Source of the DNA: Patescibacteria group bacterium
Lineage (GTDB): Bacteria > Patescibacteriota > Microgenomatia > UBA1400 > Chisholmbacteraceae
Assembly: GCA_022564195.1 (NCBI GenBank)
Contig: JADFLW010000002.1
Location: forward strand, 12,320-76,319
Length of the DNA stretch: 64,000 nucleotides
Reading direction: 5' to 3'
This document shows positions 45,871 to 55,548 of the stretch, in pieces. Made by a program: the position numbers and the translations under genes. Position 1 is the first letter of the stretch; every line of letters starts with the position of its first letter. The notes beneath the pieces are model-generated. The model did no database searches and was not told the origin of the DNA. It saw only the letters and a list, made by a program, of their open reading frames with translations.

Positions 45871-47286
45871 ATGAAACGCACGTTAGCCAGAGAAACCGTC
45901 CTGAGAATTGGCAAAAAAGTGCTTCTTCAAGGGTGGGTGAACACCAAGCGGGATCACGGCAAAATTACCTTCATTGATCTACGTGACCGCACCGGCATCG
46001 TCCAAGTCGTAGGTGGCGAAGCTTTAAGAGAGCTCGGCAGCGAAGACGTTATCGAAGTAGAGGGCTTGGTGAAAAAACGTCCGAAAAATCTGGTTAATCC
46101 CAAGATCGAAACCGGTGAGGTAGAGATAGGGGCACAAAAAGTCACACTGCTCAACGAATCCAAAGGCGTACCATTTCCCATCGACACCGATGGCCACGAC
46201 ATCGAGGAATCCATTCGGCTCAAATACCGTTACCTGGATCTGAGAAGACCGAGAATGGCAAAAATTCTTCGTACGCGGGCAAAAGTTGTGAAATTTATTC
46301 GTGACTTTCTCACGGATAGAGATTTCGTTGAGATAGAAACTCCGATCTTGACCAAAACCACGCCAGAGGGAGCTAGGGATTTTATTGTCCCTTCGCGTCT
46401 TCAGCCAGGAAAATTTTATGCCCTACCCCAAAGCCCCCAGCAATACAAACAACTCCTCATGGTCGCCGGCTTCGAACGATATTTCCAAATCGCTCGTTGC
46501 TTCCGCGATGAAGATCCCAGAGCCGATCGCGCCTATGGCGAATTCACGCAACTTGATTTGGAGATGTCATTTGTTACTCAGGAAGACATTTTGAAAATGA
46601 CAGAAGATCTTTTCACCGATCTTGTGAAGTCAATTTTCCCGAAAAAGAAGATGAGCAAATCTCCTTGGCCAAAAATTTCTCAACGGGAAGCCGTAAGAAA
46701 GTTCGGAAGCGACAAGCCAGACTTGCGGAAAGACAAAAACAACCAGGATGAACTTGCATTTGCCTGGATTGTTGACTTCCCGTTATTCAAAGAACAGACA
46801 GGCGAAGAGTTTTTCTACGGCTCCGGATCAGCGAAATTTGCTCCCTCACACCATATGTTTACTGCCCCCCATCCGGACGATATAAAGCTACTCGATAAAG
46901 ATCCGACCAAAGTCAGAGGACTCCAGCATGATATGGTCCTCAACGGCTACGAGGTCGGTGGAGGAAGCATTCGTATTCATCAGCCTGAAGTTCAAGAAAA
47001 AGTTTTCGAGCTCATCGGTTTCACCCATAGCCAAAAAAGGCAATTTGAACACATGCTGACAGCGTTCACCTACGGCGTACCGCCTCACGGCGGGATTGCC
47101 CCTGGTATCGATCGCTTCTTGTTAGCAATACTGGGAGAGACCAGTGTTCGTGAGACCATTGCTTTTCCCACAACGTCTTCTGGTCAGACCGCAGTGATGG
47201 ATGCGCCGTCCGAGGTTGGTCCGGAACAACTCGAAGAGCTTCGTATTAAAACAGTAAAGAAGAACGCAAAACCAAGCAAAGGATAA
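45871..47286 (+). CDS. aspS: Aspartyl-tRNA synthetase, short archaeal/eukaryal-type form lacking the GAD insertion
   Basis: N-terminal OB anticodon-binding domain, class II motifs 1-3, and the QSPQ motif (ALPQSPQQYKQL) that separates AspRS from AsnRS. 471 aa. Confidence 0.85.
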   Translation: MKRTLARETVLRIGKKVLLQGWVNTKRDHGKITFIDLRDRTGIVQVVGGEALRELGSEDVIEVEGLVKKRPKNLVNPKIETGEVEIGAQKVTLLNESKGVPFPIDTDGHDIEESIRLKYRYLDLRRPRMAKILRTRAKVVKFIRDFLTDRDFVEIETPILTKTTPEGARDFIVPSRLQPGKFYALPQSPQQYKQLLMVAGFERYFQIARCFRDEDPRADRAYGEFTQLDLEMSFVTQEDILKMTEDLFTDLVKSIFPKKKMSKSPWPKISQREAVRKFGSDKPDLRKDKNNQDELAFAWIVDFPLFKEQTGEEFFYGSGSAKFAPSHHMFTAPHPDDIKLLDKDPTKVRGLQHDMVLNGYEVGGGSIRIHQPEVQEKVFELIGFTHSQKRQFEHMLTAFTYGVPPHGGIAPGIDRFLLAILGETSVRETIAFPTTSSGQTAVMDAPSEVGPEQLEELRIKTVKKNAKPSKG

Positions 47287-47296
47287 GAGTGGAAAG

Positions 47297-48325
47297 ATGG
47301 CATTGCATGGTCGTTTCAATGATGCGCTTCAAAAGCTTGTCAGGCACAAAAAACACGTAAAAAAAAGCGAAATAACGAAGTTCGCAAAATCGGCATTTGC
47401 GATCAACAAACGTCCAACCTTCCTCGCACTAAGCATCGCACTTGTTCTCCTTCCCGGCAATAACTACTATCTTGATTTGACGCTTGTCCCAAAAGAGCCG
47501 TTTATTCGATCAGTCTCGCTGGACCTTCCTCCCCCGATAAACTTTCCAGTTTGGGATACCAGCATCAAACCACCAACGGTTTCTGCTCGCGCAGCTATTG
47601 TTGTGGATGTGAACTCCGCGAGCGTCTTATATGAGAAAAATCCCAATGAACAACTGCTACCCGCATCCACCACAAAAGTCATGACAGCGCTGGTCGCACT
47701 CCGCCACTTTCAGCTGAATGAAATAGTGACGGTCAAACAGGCAGGGAGAGCCATTGGTCAAACAATGAAACTGAAAGAAGGAGAGCGTATGAGGATACAC
47801 GATCTACTCTATGGTCTGTTGCTCGAGTCAGGAAATGATGCAGCCTTTGCATTGGCTGAAAATTTTCCTGGAGGATACAGCGCATTCGTCGAGGAAATGA
47901 ATCGCTTAGCTCTTGAGTATTACTTAGAAAATACCCAGTTCCGTAACGTGTCTGGGGTTGATCAACCCGGCCATTACACAACGGTCAAAGACTTGGCTCG
48001 CCTCGCAGCAGTCGCCATGAAAAACCCTGTGTTTAGTGAGATTGTCGCAACCCAAGAAAGGGTGGTGACCAACGTGGAAGGGACGATAGCGCATCCGCTC
48101 GCAAACCGCAATGAGCTTTTAGGCAATGTTGCGGGAATACGAGGTGTGAAGACCGGCTGGACGGAACAGGCTGGCGAATGTTTGGTGACCGACACACTCC
48201 GAGATGGAAACGAGATCATCGCTGTCGTCTTGGGAAGCAGAAATCGCTTCGGAGAATCAGCCGCCCTCATTGAGTGGGCATATCGAGCCCATACTTGGGT
48301 TGAGCCAAGGAACGAACATTACTGA
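47297..48325 (+). CDS. D-alanyl-D-alanine carboxypeptidase (peptidase S11, PBP5/6-like)
   Basis: SxxK (ASTTK), SGN (LLESGNDAA), KTG (VKTGWT). Confidence 0.8.
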   Translation: MALHGRFNDALQKLVRHKKHVKKSEITKFAKSAFAINKRPTFLALSIALVLLPGNNYYLDLTLVPKEPFIRSVSLDLPPPINFPVWDTSIKPPTVSARAAIVVDVNSASVLYEKNPNEQLLPASTTKVMTALVALRHFQLNEIVTVKQAGRAIGQTMKLKEGERMRIHDLLYGLLLESGNDAAFALAENFPGGYSAFVEEMNRLALEYYLENTQFRNVSGVDQPGHYTTVKDLARLAAVAMKNPVFSEIVATQERVVTNVEGTIAHPLANRNELLGNVAGIRGVKTGWTEQAGECLVTDTLRDGNEIIAVVLGSRNRFGESAALIEWAYRAHTWVEPRNEHY

Positions 48326-49404
48326 CTTTCTAGGATCTGTTCTTCGGAAACCGCTGGAACGTATGCGGTGAACCCGACATCCCCTTCGAAAACAAAAATC
48401 GGTTGGAGGAAAATTCCTGCCGCAGGAGGATCGAGATAATCCAGTGTAATGCGCCGGATTGCAATCCGGTCTCTATTTTCTGGAATGACAGCATAATACG
48501 CATCGCCTTTTTGTAACCGTTCCCAGGCGGATTGGGAGGTGATGAGAGGATAGGTTCCGCTCTGTTCATATTCCACTGGCAAATACCGATACTCTGCGTG
48601 AATAACTTGCGCGCGCGCACGCGAGCGTTTCAGGAGTAGGACTGAGACAACGCCTTGACTAGGATCAAGGGGCAAAATTCGAAATTCCTTAACCACCACC
48701 TCCTCCTCATCCCGTTCTTCCAGATTAGAACGGAACAGATCCACCCGCACAAACTGTGCTTCAGATTGTGAAAGAGCGGGAACAACATCAGTCCCTGAAA
48801 CCTTAAGGTAGGTAACGTTCACCTCACCTGCCTCTAAATCTTCAGGCGATAGACGCAAACCGGAAAGCCAACTCCGTGCTTCAGCGATGGCATCAACTTC
48901 GGAAAGCGCTTGTGCTTCAGAAAGAAGTTGCGGCTGTACCCGCCAGTTCGCATCGAAAGTGAAGTGATTCGTGAAAAGATCAACCTCTAAGGAGGAAGGT
49001 AATGGCTTGTCCTTCGTCCAACGATAGAGGGTTTCTCCAATACGCACAGGCTCAAACAAAAAATCCATTTTCTCGGCAAGCTCTGTTGCCCGTTCCAGGG
49101 CCAAGAGACTGCCACGTGCGGCAGGAACAAGATACACAGTCGCCAGAGGATCGAACACACCTGTAGTACCCGTGACCGTTTCCAATGTAAAGGTCAAAGG
49201 TGGCTTTTCCTGCGGCGGAAGTGGTAGAGGAGGAAGCTTGCCAAAAGCCACTGTTGGCGGAGGAGGAGCTGGAGGATTCGCGGCTTTCCACAAGGTGGCA
49301 AAAATGCCAAATCCGATTCTGGCAACAATGATAATAACAAGCCCAACGGCGCCGTACTTTATAGCTCTTCTCGTGTAGTACGCTGCTTCTGTGAGTGTGG
49401 CCAT
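48319..49404 (-). CDS. Hypothetical N-terminally anchored extracytoplasmic protein
   Basis: One N-terminal TM, a Pro-rich linker (PPAPPPPTVAFGKLPPLPLPP), then a ~300-aa domain without motifs I recognise. Confidence 0.45.
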   Translation of the reverse strand: MATLTEAAYYTRRAIKYGAVGLVIIIVARIGFGIFATLWKAANPPAPPPPTVAFGKLPPLPLPPQEKPPLTFTLETVTGTTGVFDPLATVYLVPAARGSLLALERATELAEKMDFLFEPVRIGETLYRWTKDKPLPSSLEVDLFTNHFTFDANWRVQPQLLSEAQALSEVDAIAEARSWLSGLRLSPEDLEAGEVNVTYLKVSGTDVVPALSQSEAQFVRVDLFRSNLEERDEEEVVVKEFRILPLDPSQGVVSVLLLKRSRARAQVIHAEYRYLPVEYEQSGTYPLITSQSAWERLQKGDAYYAVIPENRDRIAIRRITLDYLDPPAAGIFLQPIFVFEGDVGFTAYVPAVSEEQILESQ

Positions 49405-49440
49405 ACAGCAATCAAAATCTCATGTTCAATGTTTAATGAC

Positions 49441-49534
49441 TGATACCTGATACCTTCCTAAACCCTAGTGCCTATACCCTAAACCCAATACTCTAAACAT
49501 TCTTCGCTCTACGCTAGACGCTACACGCTCTACC
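49441..49534. repeat. Degenerate short-repeat cluster (tgatacc x2; cctaaaccc/cctataccc/ctaaac; acgct x4) in the divergent promoter region
   Basis: Read directly: tgatacctgataccttcctaaaccctagtgcctataccctaaacccaatactctaaacattcttcgctctacgctagacgctacacgctctaccc. Confidence 0.6.
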
Positions 49535-49587
49535 CTTCTTCCCCCTTTGAGTATAACGGCTGCCTCTGATAGAATTCAACCGCAGCT

Positions 49588-51030
49588 ATGAGGATTCGGA
49601 CAAGAATAGCCCCCAGCCCCACAGGCATCGCGCACGTGGGGAACATGTACACAGCCCTTCTAAATTACGCCTTCGCCAAAAGCCAAGAAGGAAAATTCAT
49701 TCTTCGCATCGAAGATACCGACAGAGAACGGTACGTTCCAGGCTCAGAGCAAGTGATCTTTTCAGCCCTTCGCTGGTTGGGCATCCAGATTGATGAAGGC
49801 CCCGAGATCGGCGGTCCCTACGAGCCATATACCCAATCCAAGCGACTGCCAATCTATGTGAGTCACGCCCAGGCACTTGTTAAAAAAGGAAAGGCATATT
49901 TTTGCTTTTGTTCGCCCGAAAGGCTCGCGGCCATGCGCAAATCCCAGCAACAGCGGGGCAAGCTTTCCATGTATGACGGAACCTGCAGGAGACTAACGGC
50001 CGCCGAAGCGAAAAAAAGAGCAGGCAGTGAGAAACACGTTGTACGCCTTAAAGTTCCCAAAACTGGATCGACAAGCTGGCGCGATCTCATTCGCGGAGAT
50101 ATCTCGTTTGAAAACTTCGGGCTAGACGACCAAGTACTTCTCAAGTCAGATGGCTTCCCAACCTATCATCTTGCCGTCGTCGTCGATGACCACCGCATGC
50201 GGATTTCCCACGTCATCCGCGCTGAAGAATGGATCTCCTCAACCCCCAAGCACATCCTCCTCTTCCGCGCCTTCGGATGGAAGCTTCCCGAATTTGCCCA
50301 TACTCCCCTCCTGAGAAACCCCGACCGAAGCAAACTTTCAAAGCGAAAAAATCCCGTCTCTGTTGTGTGGTATAGAGAACACGGCTTTCTTCCACAGGCG
50401 CTTGTTAATTATCTCTGTCTCATGGGATGGTCGCATCCAGAAGGAAAGGAAAAATTTTCGCTAAAAGAATTCATCGACAACTTCTCACTTGAACGAATAC
50501 AAACAACCCAGCCGATCTTTGATGTTGAGAAACTCCGTTGGCTCAATGGTCTCTATATTCGTGAAACAAAAGACCAGAAGCTTATCGGCTTGCTGCGGCC
50601 CTTCGTTCCGAAAGGAGCAAAAGCCTCCATGCTACGACGGATCTTGCCCCTTATCCACGATCGCATCCACACCTTGGAGGAATTCAACGACTACGCGGAG
50701 TTCTTCTTCACGAAACCCCAAGTGGATGCCAAACTCCTCCTAAAGCAAAGTAAACACTCCCAATTAGAGACACTCAGGAAACTAAAGGAATTTATGGCCT
50801 TGCTAAACACACTGCAGACCGGAGAGTTCACTGCCTTTAAGCTTGAAAAGCGAAGCAGAGAACTCGCAGAAGATGAATGGACTCCAAAAAAACTATTCAT
50901 GACGGTTCGTGTAGCGATAACCGGGAGTACCGTAAGCCCCCCGCTATTTGACTCAATCCATATACTTGGCAAAACGGAGACAATCGATAGGGTAAAACAT
51001 GCCGCAACAATCCTCAAGACCAGTTCTTAA
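49588..51030 (+). CDS. gltX: Glutamyl-tRNA synthetase
   Basis: HIGH region (PSPTGIAHVGNMYTAL), KMSKS-equivalent (KLSKR), C-terminal anticodon-binding domain. Confidence 0.9.
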   Translation: MRIRTRIAPSPTGIAHVGNMYTALLNYAFAKSQEGKFILRIEDTDRERYVPGSEQVIFSALRWLGIQIDEGPEIGGPYEPYTQSKRLPIYVSHAQALVKKGKAYFCFCSPERLAAMRKSQQQRGKLSMYDGTCRRLTAAEAKKRAGSEKHVVRLKVPKTGSTSWRDLIRGDISFENFGLDDQVLLKSDGFPTYHLAVVVDDHRMRISHVIRAEEWISSTPKHILLFRAFGWKLPEFAHTPLLRNPDRSKLSKRKNPVSVVWYREHGFLPQALVNYLCLMGWSHPEGKEKFSLKEFIDNFSLERIQTTQPIFDVEKLRWLNGLYIRETKDQKLIGLLRPFVPKGAKASMLRRILPLIHDRIHTLEEFNDYAEFFFTKPQVDAKLLLKQSKHSQLETLRKLKEFMALLNTLQTGEFTAFKLEKRSRELAEDEWTPKKLFMTVRVAITGSTVSPPLFDSIHILGKTETIDRVKHAATILKTSS

Positions 51031-52084
51031 AGACCGGGTCTCCCGCCAACGGTTCAATCACACAGCGCTCGGAGGCACCTTCGACTATTTCCACAAAGGC
51101 CATCGGATCTTTTTAAAAAAAGCCTTCGCTGTTTCTCGAAAGGTAACGATTGGCATCACCGAGGATGACCTGGCTCGAAAAATCCACGACAGCACACAGA
51201 TACAATCCTTGAGCGAGCGCAAAATGGCGGTCGAAGAATTCTTGAAAACCCGCGGATTCACAAGCCAAGCCAAGATCATAACCTTGCATGATCCATTTGG
51301 AATCACCACGACCGACGAGACGCTCGAGGCGTTGCTGGTGACCAGCATGACGATGAAGCGAGGCGGGGAACTTAATCGCAAACGTCGCCAAAACGGCTTA
51401 TCAGCTTTAAAACTTGTCCGCTGTCAACTGGTGATGGCAGAAGATGACAAGCTCATCTCCTCCCGCCGCATTCGTGAAGGCGAGATAACAAGAGAAGGAG
51501 TGCGATTTATGACGGCGCTACTGAAAGCGACTCCGGTTCGGCTTCCAACCCAACTCCGCTCAGCATTTCGAGAGCCTTTCGGAACAGTCATTCCGGCAAA
51601 CGCAAAAAAAATCGACGGAGAAATGAGAGAAGCCGTAAAGATAATAGACAGAAAGCAATTGCATCCGATCATTTGTGTTGGAGATATTGTCACACTTTCC
51701 ATGCTAAAGCTTGGAAAAACCCCACGGATATCAATTGTGGACTTACGAGTTAAGCGAGTGAAGCGATACCAACGAGTCTCAGAGCTCGGACCTATCGGTC
51801 ATCTTCCAAGGTACAAAGTTGCCAATCCAGCTGGAACAATCACTAAAAAACTGGTCAAACTCGTCCACAAGGCAATGAATAAAAAGTCCTCTTCAGTCAT
51901 CTTGGTCGAAGGAGAAGAAGATCTTGCCGTTCTTCCCTGCGTCCTTCTTGCGCCGCTGGACGCTATAGTTCTGTACGGACATTTTCAGTACGGTATTATC
52001 GCAGTAGAAGTATCAGAAGAAAAAAAATCCGAGGCCCTCAAACTCCTGCAGCAACTGAAAAGGATGGCTGAACTCGATGCATGA
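50999..52084 (+). CDS. Fusion of archaeal-type phosphopantetheine adenylyltransferase (PPAT) with a DUF359-like domain (GTP-dependent dephospho-CoA kinase family)
   Basis: N-terminal nucleotidyltransferase HxGH motif (LGGTFDYFHKGH). C-terminal ~170 aa with ICVGDIV...VLVEGEEDLAVLP..., typical of DUF359/COG1909. Overlaps the gltX 3' end by 32 nt. Confidence 0.5.
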   Translation: MPQQSSRPVLKDRVSRQRFNHTALGGTFDYFHKGHRIFLKKAFAVSRKVTIGITEDDLARKIHDSTQIQSLSERKMAVEEFLKTRGFTSQAKIITLHDPFGITTTDETLEALLVTSMTMKRGGELNRKRRQNGLSALKLVRCQLVMAEDDKLISSRRIREGEITREGVRFMTALLKATPVRLPTQLRSAFREPFGTVIPANAKKIDGEMREAVKIIDRKQLHPIICVGDIVTLSMLKLGKTPRISIVDLRVKRVKRYQRVSELGPIGHLPRYKVANPAGTITKKLVKLVHKAMNKKSSSVILVEGEEDLAVLPCVLLAPLDAIVLYGHFQYGIIAVEVSEEKKSEALKLLQQLKRMAELDA

Positions 52085-52097
52085 AAGCAATAAACGC

Positions 52098-52442
52098 TCA
52101 GCGAGCTTCTAAAGCATCGATCTTTGCCGCGAGAATGAAGTCGTTTTCCGAAAGCCCGCCGATGGCATGGGTGGAAAGCGTGATGCGGAGCTTTTTATAC
52201 GCATGAATGAAAAGATCCGGATGATGATCCTCACGTTCAGCAATTTCTGCTACGTTGTTGACAAAATCAATTGCCTCAACGAAGTTCTTGAAGGTAAATT
52301 CTTTTTCAATCTTCTTGTCGTCATCAACAAGTTCCCAGCCTTGGGCATTCTTAAGATACTGACGGGCTTTCCGTTGAGTAAACGGCGGAATACCTCCCTC
52401 ACACGGAACACAGTGCTTCTTGGTTAAATCCACCGATGCCAC
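52098..52442 (-). CDS. Pterin-4a-carbinolamine dehydratase (PCD/DCoH)
   Basis: EREDHHPD and the family [EDKH]-x(3)-H-[HN]-P-x(5,6)-[YW]-x(12)-H-x(4)-GL pattern. Confidence 0.85.
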   Translation of the reverse strand: MASVDLTKKHCVPCEGGIPPFTQRKARQYLKNAQGWELVDDDKKIEKEFTFKNFVEAIDFVNNVAEIAEREDHHPDLFIHAYKKLRITLSTHAIGGLSENDFILAAKIDALEAR

Positions 52443-52644
52443 CTCCTTGCATCCTATTATACAGAGTTTGGTAAACTATATAGAGGAGGAGAAATGTCAG
52501 CGAGGAAGGACACGAACCAGGAAAAAATTCTCCCGACAAATCCTTCTTCTCCACTCAGCGGCCGCTACGCTTAAGAAGAAGAGCCTAGAGCAGTACTCTG
52601 AGAGGTCCGGAAATCCGCTTCTCGGTTGAAGGACTGAAAGAGGA

Positions 52645-54048
52645 TTAAATACAGCAGCTGAGCTTAGAAATATCTTTGGTAAAGGACAGGGCGACGATCT
52701 TGATTGCCTCCGAGAGCGTTGGGAACATCGGGAGCGAACTGACGACGTCATCAATGGTGTTCTTGTTCTTTACCAGCATCATCGCCTCTGCAATTAACTC
52801 CCCAGCGTACGGTGCAAGAATGTGAACGCCTTGGATTACCCGTGTCTCCGGATGAATTGCCATCTTGATCAATCCTTCCGTCCGGCGCATGATCATGGCT
52901 TTCGGTACATGCTCAAAAGAAACGCTTCTGCAAGCACACACACCCATTTCTTGCATCTGCTGATCTTCCGTCAGGCCGACACCAGCAAGCTGTGGATCAG
53001 TAAAGATCGTATAAGGAACTGTCTTGTAGTCAATGCTGTTTTGCGTCCCACTGATAGCATTTTCAGCTGCGAGCGTTCCCTCTCTCCCAGCAGTGGTCTC
53101 AAGTCGCAACGGAAGTGCGGCAATATCACCGACTGAAAAAATATGCTGCTGTTTCGTTTGGAAAAATTCATTCACAACCACGGCTTGTCGCTTATCAACC
53201 CCTACATCTGCTTTTTTGAGGTTAAGCTCCTTGGTATTTGCAGTCTTCCCGGATGCAAGGAGGATTTCGTCAACGAAAATTTCACTCTTTTTTCCTTCGA
53301 CGGAGTAGGAAAGCACTTTTTTCCCATTGGACTTTCGGGCATTATGGAAGGTAACATCCGTTGTAATGGTAATACCTTCTTTTTTGAGGACCTCAACAAG
53401 ACGTGCGACTACCTGTCTTTCTCCGGCTCGAAAGATCTTATCATTGCGATGAAGAATCGTGACTGTGGTTCCAAAACGAGCGTACATCTGCGCAAATTCA
53501 AGAGCTACTAGACCTGCACCAATCACAACCAGCTCTTTGGGCTGTTTCTTAAGCTTTAGCGCCTCAATATGGGTGACGTAGCCGACTTCGCGAATACCAT
53601 CGATTGCTGGCACGTTGGCTGTAGAGCCAGCGGCGATGATGAATTTTTTCGCTGTCATCGTTTTTCCGCGGACGATAATTTCGTGTGGTGAAGTGAACTG
53701 CGCTTCCCCTTTGACATATGTGAGGTGCCCCAAATCCTTGAGTACCTTTTCATATTTCTCTTTACGCAAGCGCTCAACAAGCGCAAGCTCGTCAGCAACG
53801 ACTTTTTGAAAGTCAAACTGCTTTATCTCCAGCTCAACTCCTGGAATGCCATGGTGTTTAGATGTATGAAGAATCTCCCCGGCCCAAAGAAGGGTCTTCG
53901 AGGGAACACAGCCCACATTCACACAAGTACCTCCCAGTGGCAAGCCGGCATTAACCATTGCGGTTTTTGCCCCAAGTTCATTTGCCCGAATTGCCGCTGC
54001 AAACGCCCCCGCTCCGCCACCGATGATGATCAAGTCATATCTATCCAT
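52645..54048 (-). CDS. merA: Mercuric reductase catalytic core (MerA without N-terminal HMA domain)
   Basis: FAD motif IIGGGAGAF, redox-active CxxxxC (GGTCVNVGCVPSK), a dimerisation-domain HPTLSE motif, and a C-terminal ...FTKDISKLSCCI vicinal Cys pair characteristic of MerA. Confidence 0.7.
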   Translation of the reverse strand: MDRYDLIIIGGGAGAFAAAIRANELGAKTAMVNAGLPLGGTCVNVGCVPSKTLLWAGEILHTSKHHGIPGVELEIKQFDFQKVVADELALVERLRKEKYEKVLKDLGHLTYVKGEAQFTSPHEIIVRGKTMTAKKFIIAAGSTANVPAIDGIREVGYVTHIEALKLKKQPKELVVIGAGLVALEFAQMYARFGTTVTILHRNDKIFRAGERQVVARLVEVLKKEGITITTDVTFHNARKSNGKKVLSYSVEGKKSEIFVDEILLASGKTANTKELNLKKADVGVDKRQAVVVNEFFQTKQQHIFSVGDIAALPLRLETTAGREGTLAAENAISGTQNSIDYKTVPYTIFTDPQLAGVGLTEDQQMQEMGVCACRSVSFEHVPKAMIMRRTEGLIKMAIHPETRVIQGVHILAPYAGELIAEAMMLVKNKNTIDDVVSSLPMFPTLSEAIKIVALSFTKDISKLSCCI

Positions 54049-54063
54049 ATTTTCCTTTCTGGA

Positions 54064-54645
54064 CTATAAATTCCTCAATAACTCATCTAACAAAATCTCA
54101 GCTTGCTCGTAATCTTGTTGAGCAATGGCTTGGTCGATTTGGTCAAACAGAGATTGATAGTCTTGTGGGTTTTCAAGCTGTGATACTTTCGCCGCTGCTT
54201 CTTGAAGTTTAAACGACAAACTTTGAGGCAAATATGTGGTAGAAGGCACTTGTCCTTGACTGTCACCAGTAAACGGCTCATCGTTGATGAACTCTTTTCC
54301 GTATGCGTCAAGAATTTCATTAGACAAGATTATCTGTGTACTAACAAGGTTTGGATCATACACGACATCAACCTTCTTTGAAGCAAGACTTGCCTTGGCG
54401 CTCTTCACCCCCTCAATTGCTCCAAGATATCCCTCTACGCTGGCACTACACCCTATGCAAAACATTCCGGGAACCTTCAAACTCAAAAGGCGAAGATCCT
54501 GAGAATTCGTAGGGCTGACGCGTACGACGTCTTTTTGAATTCTCTGTCCCAAAAGAACGTTTGCCCCGATCAATCCGGCCACGATAATAATGATGAGCGG
54601 CAGCAAATAATTTTGAATTTTTATCTGAAACTTTGAACTTCGCAT
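54064..54645 (-). CDS. Membrane-anchored heavy-metal-associated (HMA) domain protein (MerP/NmerA-like)
   Basis: N-terminal TM helix, HMA motif GMFCIGC, C-terminal helical region. Confidence 0.65.
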   Translation of the reverse strand: MRSSKFQIKIQNYLLPLIIIIVAGLIGANVLLGQRIQKDVVRVSPTNSQDLRLLSLKVPGMFCIGCSASVEGYLGAIEGVKSAKASLASKKVDVVYDPNLVSTQIILSNEILDAYGKEFINDEPFTGDSQGQVPSTTYLPQSLSFKLQEAAAKVSQLENPQDYQSLFDQIDQAIAQQDYEQAEILLDELLRNL

Positions 54646-54685
54646 TTTACCTGTCCGCCTTTGGCGGAAATTTTTAAACTTCCAA

Positions 54686-55516
54686 TTACATTCCTGTTTT
54701 GACGTAAAATGCTACCAGAAACAGTGCCGTGGCAATTAATAGTACACCAGAGAGTTTCTTAATAGCTACTGCCTTTCCCGCCAATGCCTGTAGGAGTTTC
54801 TGGCGCCCTGAAGCCAGAATAAAGGTAGCGAGAGTAAGCATCAAAGAAAGTGCTACTGCGTAACTCACAAAGGCGACAAAACCGCTCAGGAATTTCCCCG
54901 AAAGAATCGGAATCAAGGCGATAACTAAGATGACTGGCAAGAAGCACGCTGCCCCTGCAATAGCGTAAATAACCCCGTACCCGAACGCTCCCCAGTTTTT
55001 GAACCTTTTCGAAAGATTATTTGTCCACGTATCAAGAAAGCCAGTTGGCAGTTGTTTACCAGTGAACAAAACAACACCAAACAAAAATATGAGTGCAATC
55101 ACCCCAAGCTTAAGGTAATTGGTATAAAAGGCAAGTTGTGTTCCTAAAGATGCAAGAACAATTCCCAACAGAACATAAAAACTGATAACTCCCACTGAAG
55201 CCGTAACTGCAAATTTTAAGGCATGGGTTTTTGGAGAATTCTTCCCTTCTTTGCTTGTTAAGAAAAAGGCGGCGTAGGCTGGAAACACCGCAAACGGGCA
55301 AGGAGCGAAAAATGATAGGGCTCCCGCAATAAGTGAAAATCCAACAATGCCTAAGAGGGGAAGGTCGGTAATGCCTTGCGCTTGCGGGATGACAAAGCCA
55401 TAAAATCCCTTCCAACCTAAAATACCTATAACAACGAGAGTCATCAGGATTGCTATCCCCCAAAGCAACAGTGAGCTTCTATTTACTTGTACTGTCTTAA
55501 CTTTTATATTCATCAC
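54686..55516 (-). CDS. CcdA/DsbD-core-like thiol-disulfide transporter family membrane protein
   Basis: 6-8 TM helices with Cys in TM1 (FFAPCPFAVFPAYAAFFL). A second Cys-containing TM is less clear. Confidence 0.55.
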   Translation of the reverse strand: MMNIKVKTVQVNRSSLLLWGIAILMTLVVIGILGWKGFYGFVIPQAQGITDLPLLGIVGFSLIAGALSFFAPCPFAVFPAYAAFFLTSKEGKNSPKTHALKFAVTASVGVISFYVLLGIVLASLGTQLAFYTNYLKLGVIALIFLFGVVLFTGKQLPTGFLDTWTNNLSKRFKNWGAFGYGVIYAIAGAACFLPVILVIALIPILSGKFLSGFVAFVSYAVALSLMLTLATFILASGRQKLLQALAGKAVAIKKLSGVLLIATALFLVAFYVKTGM

Positions 55517-55548
55517 GTCTGACTCGACTCATCAAGTTTTTTTACGAA

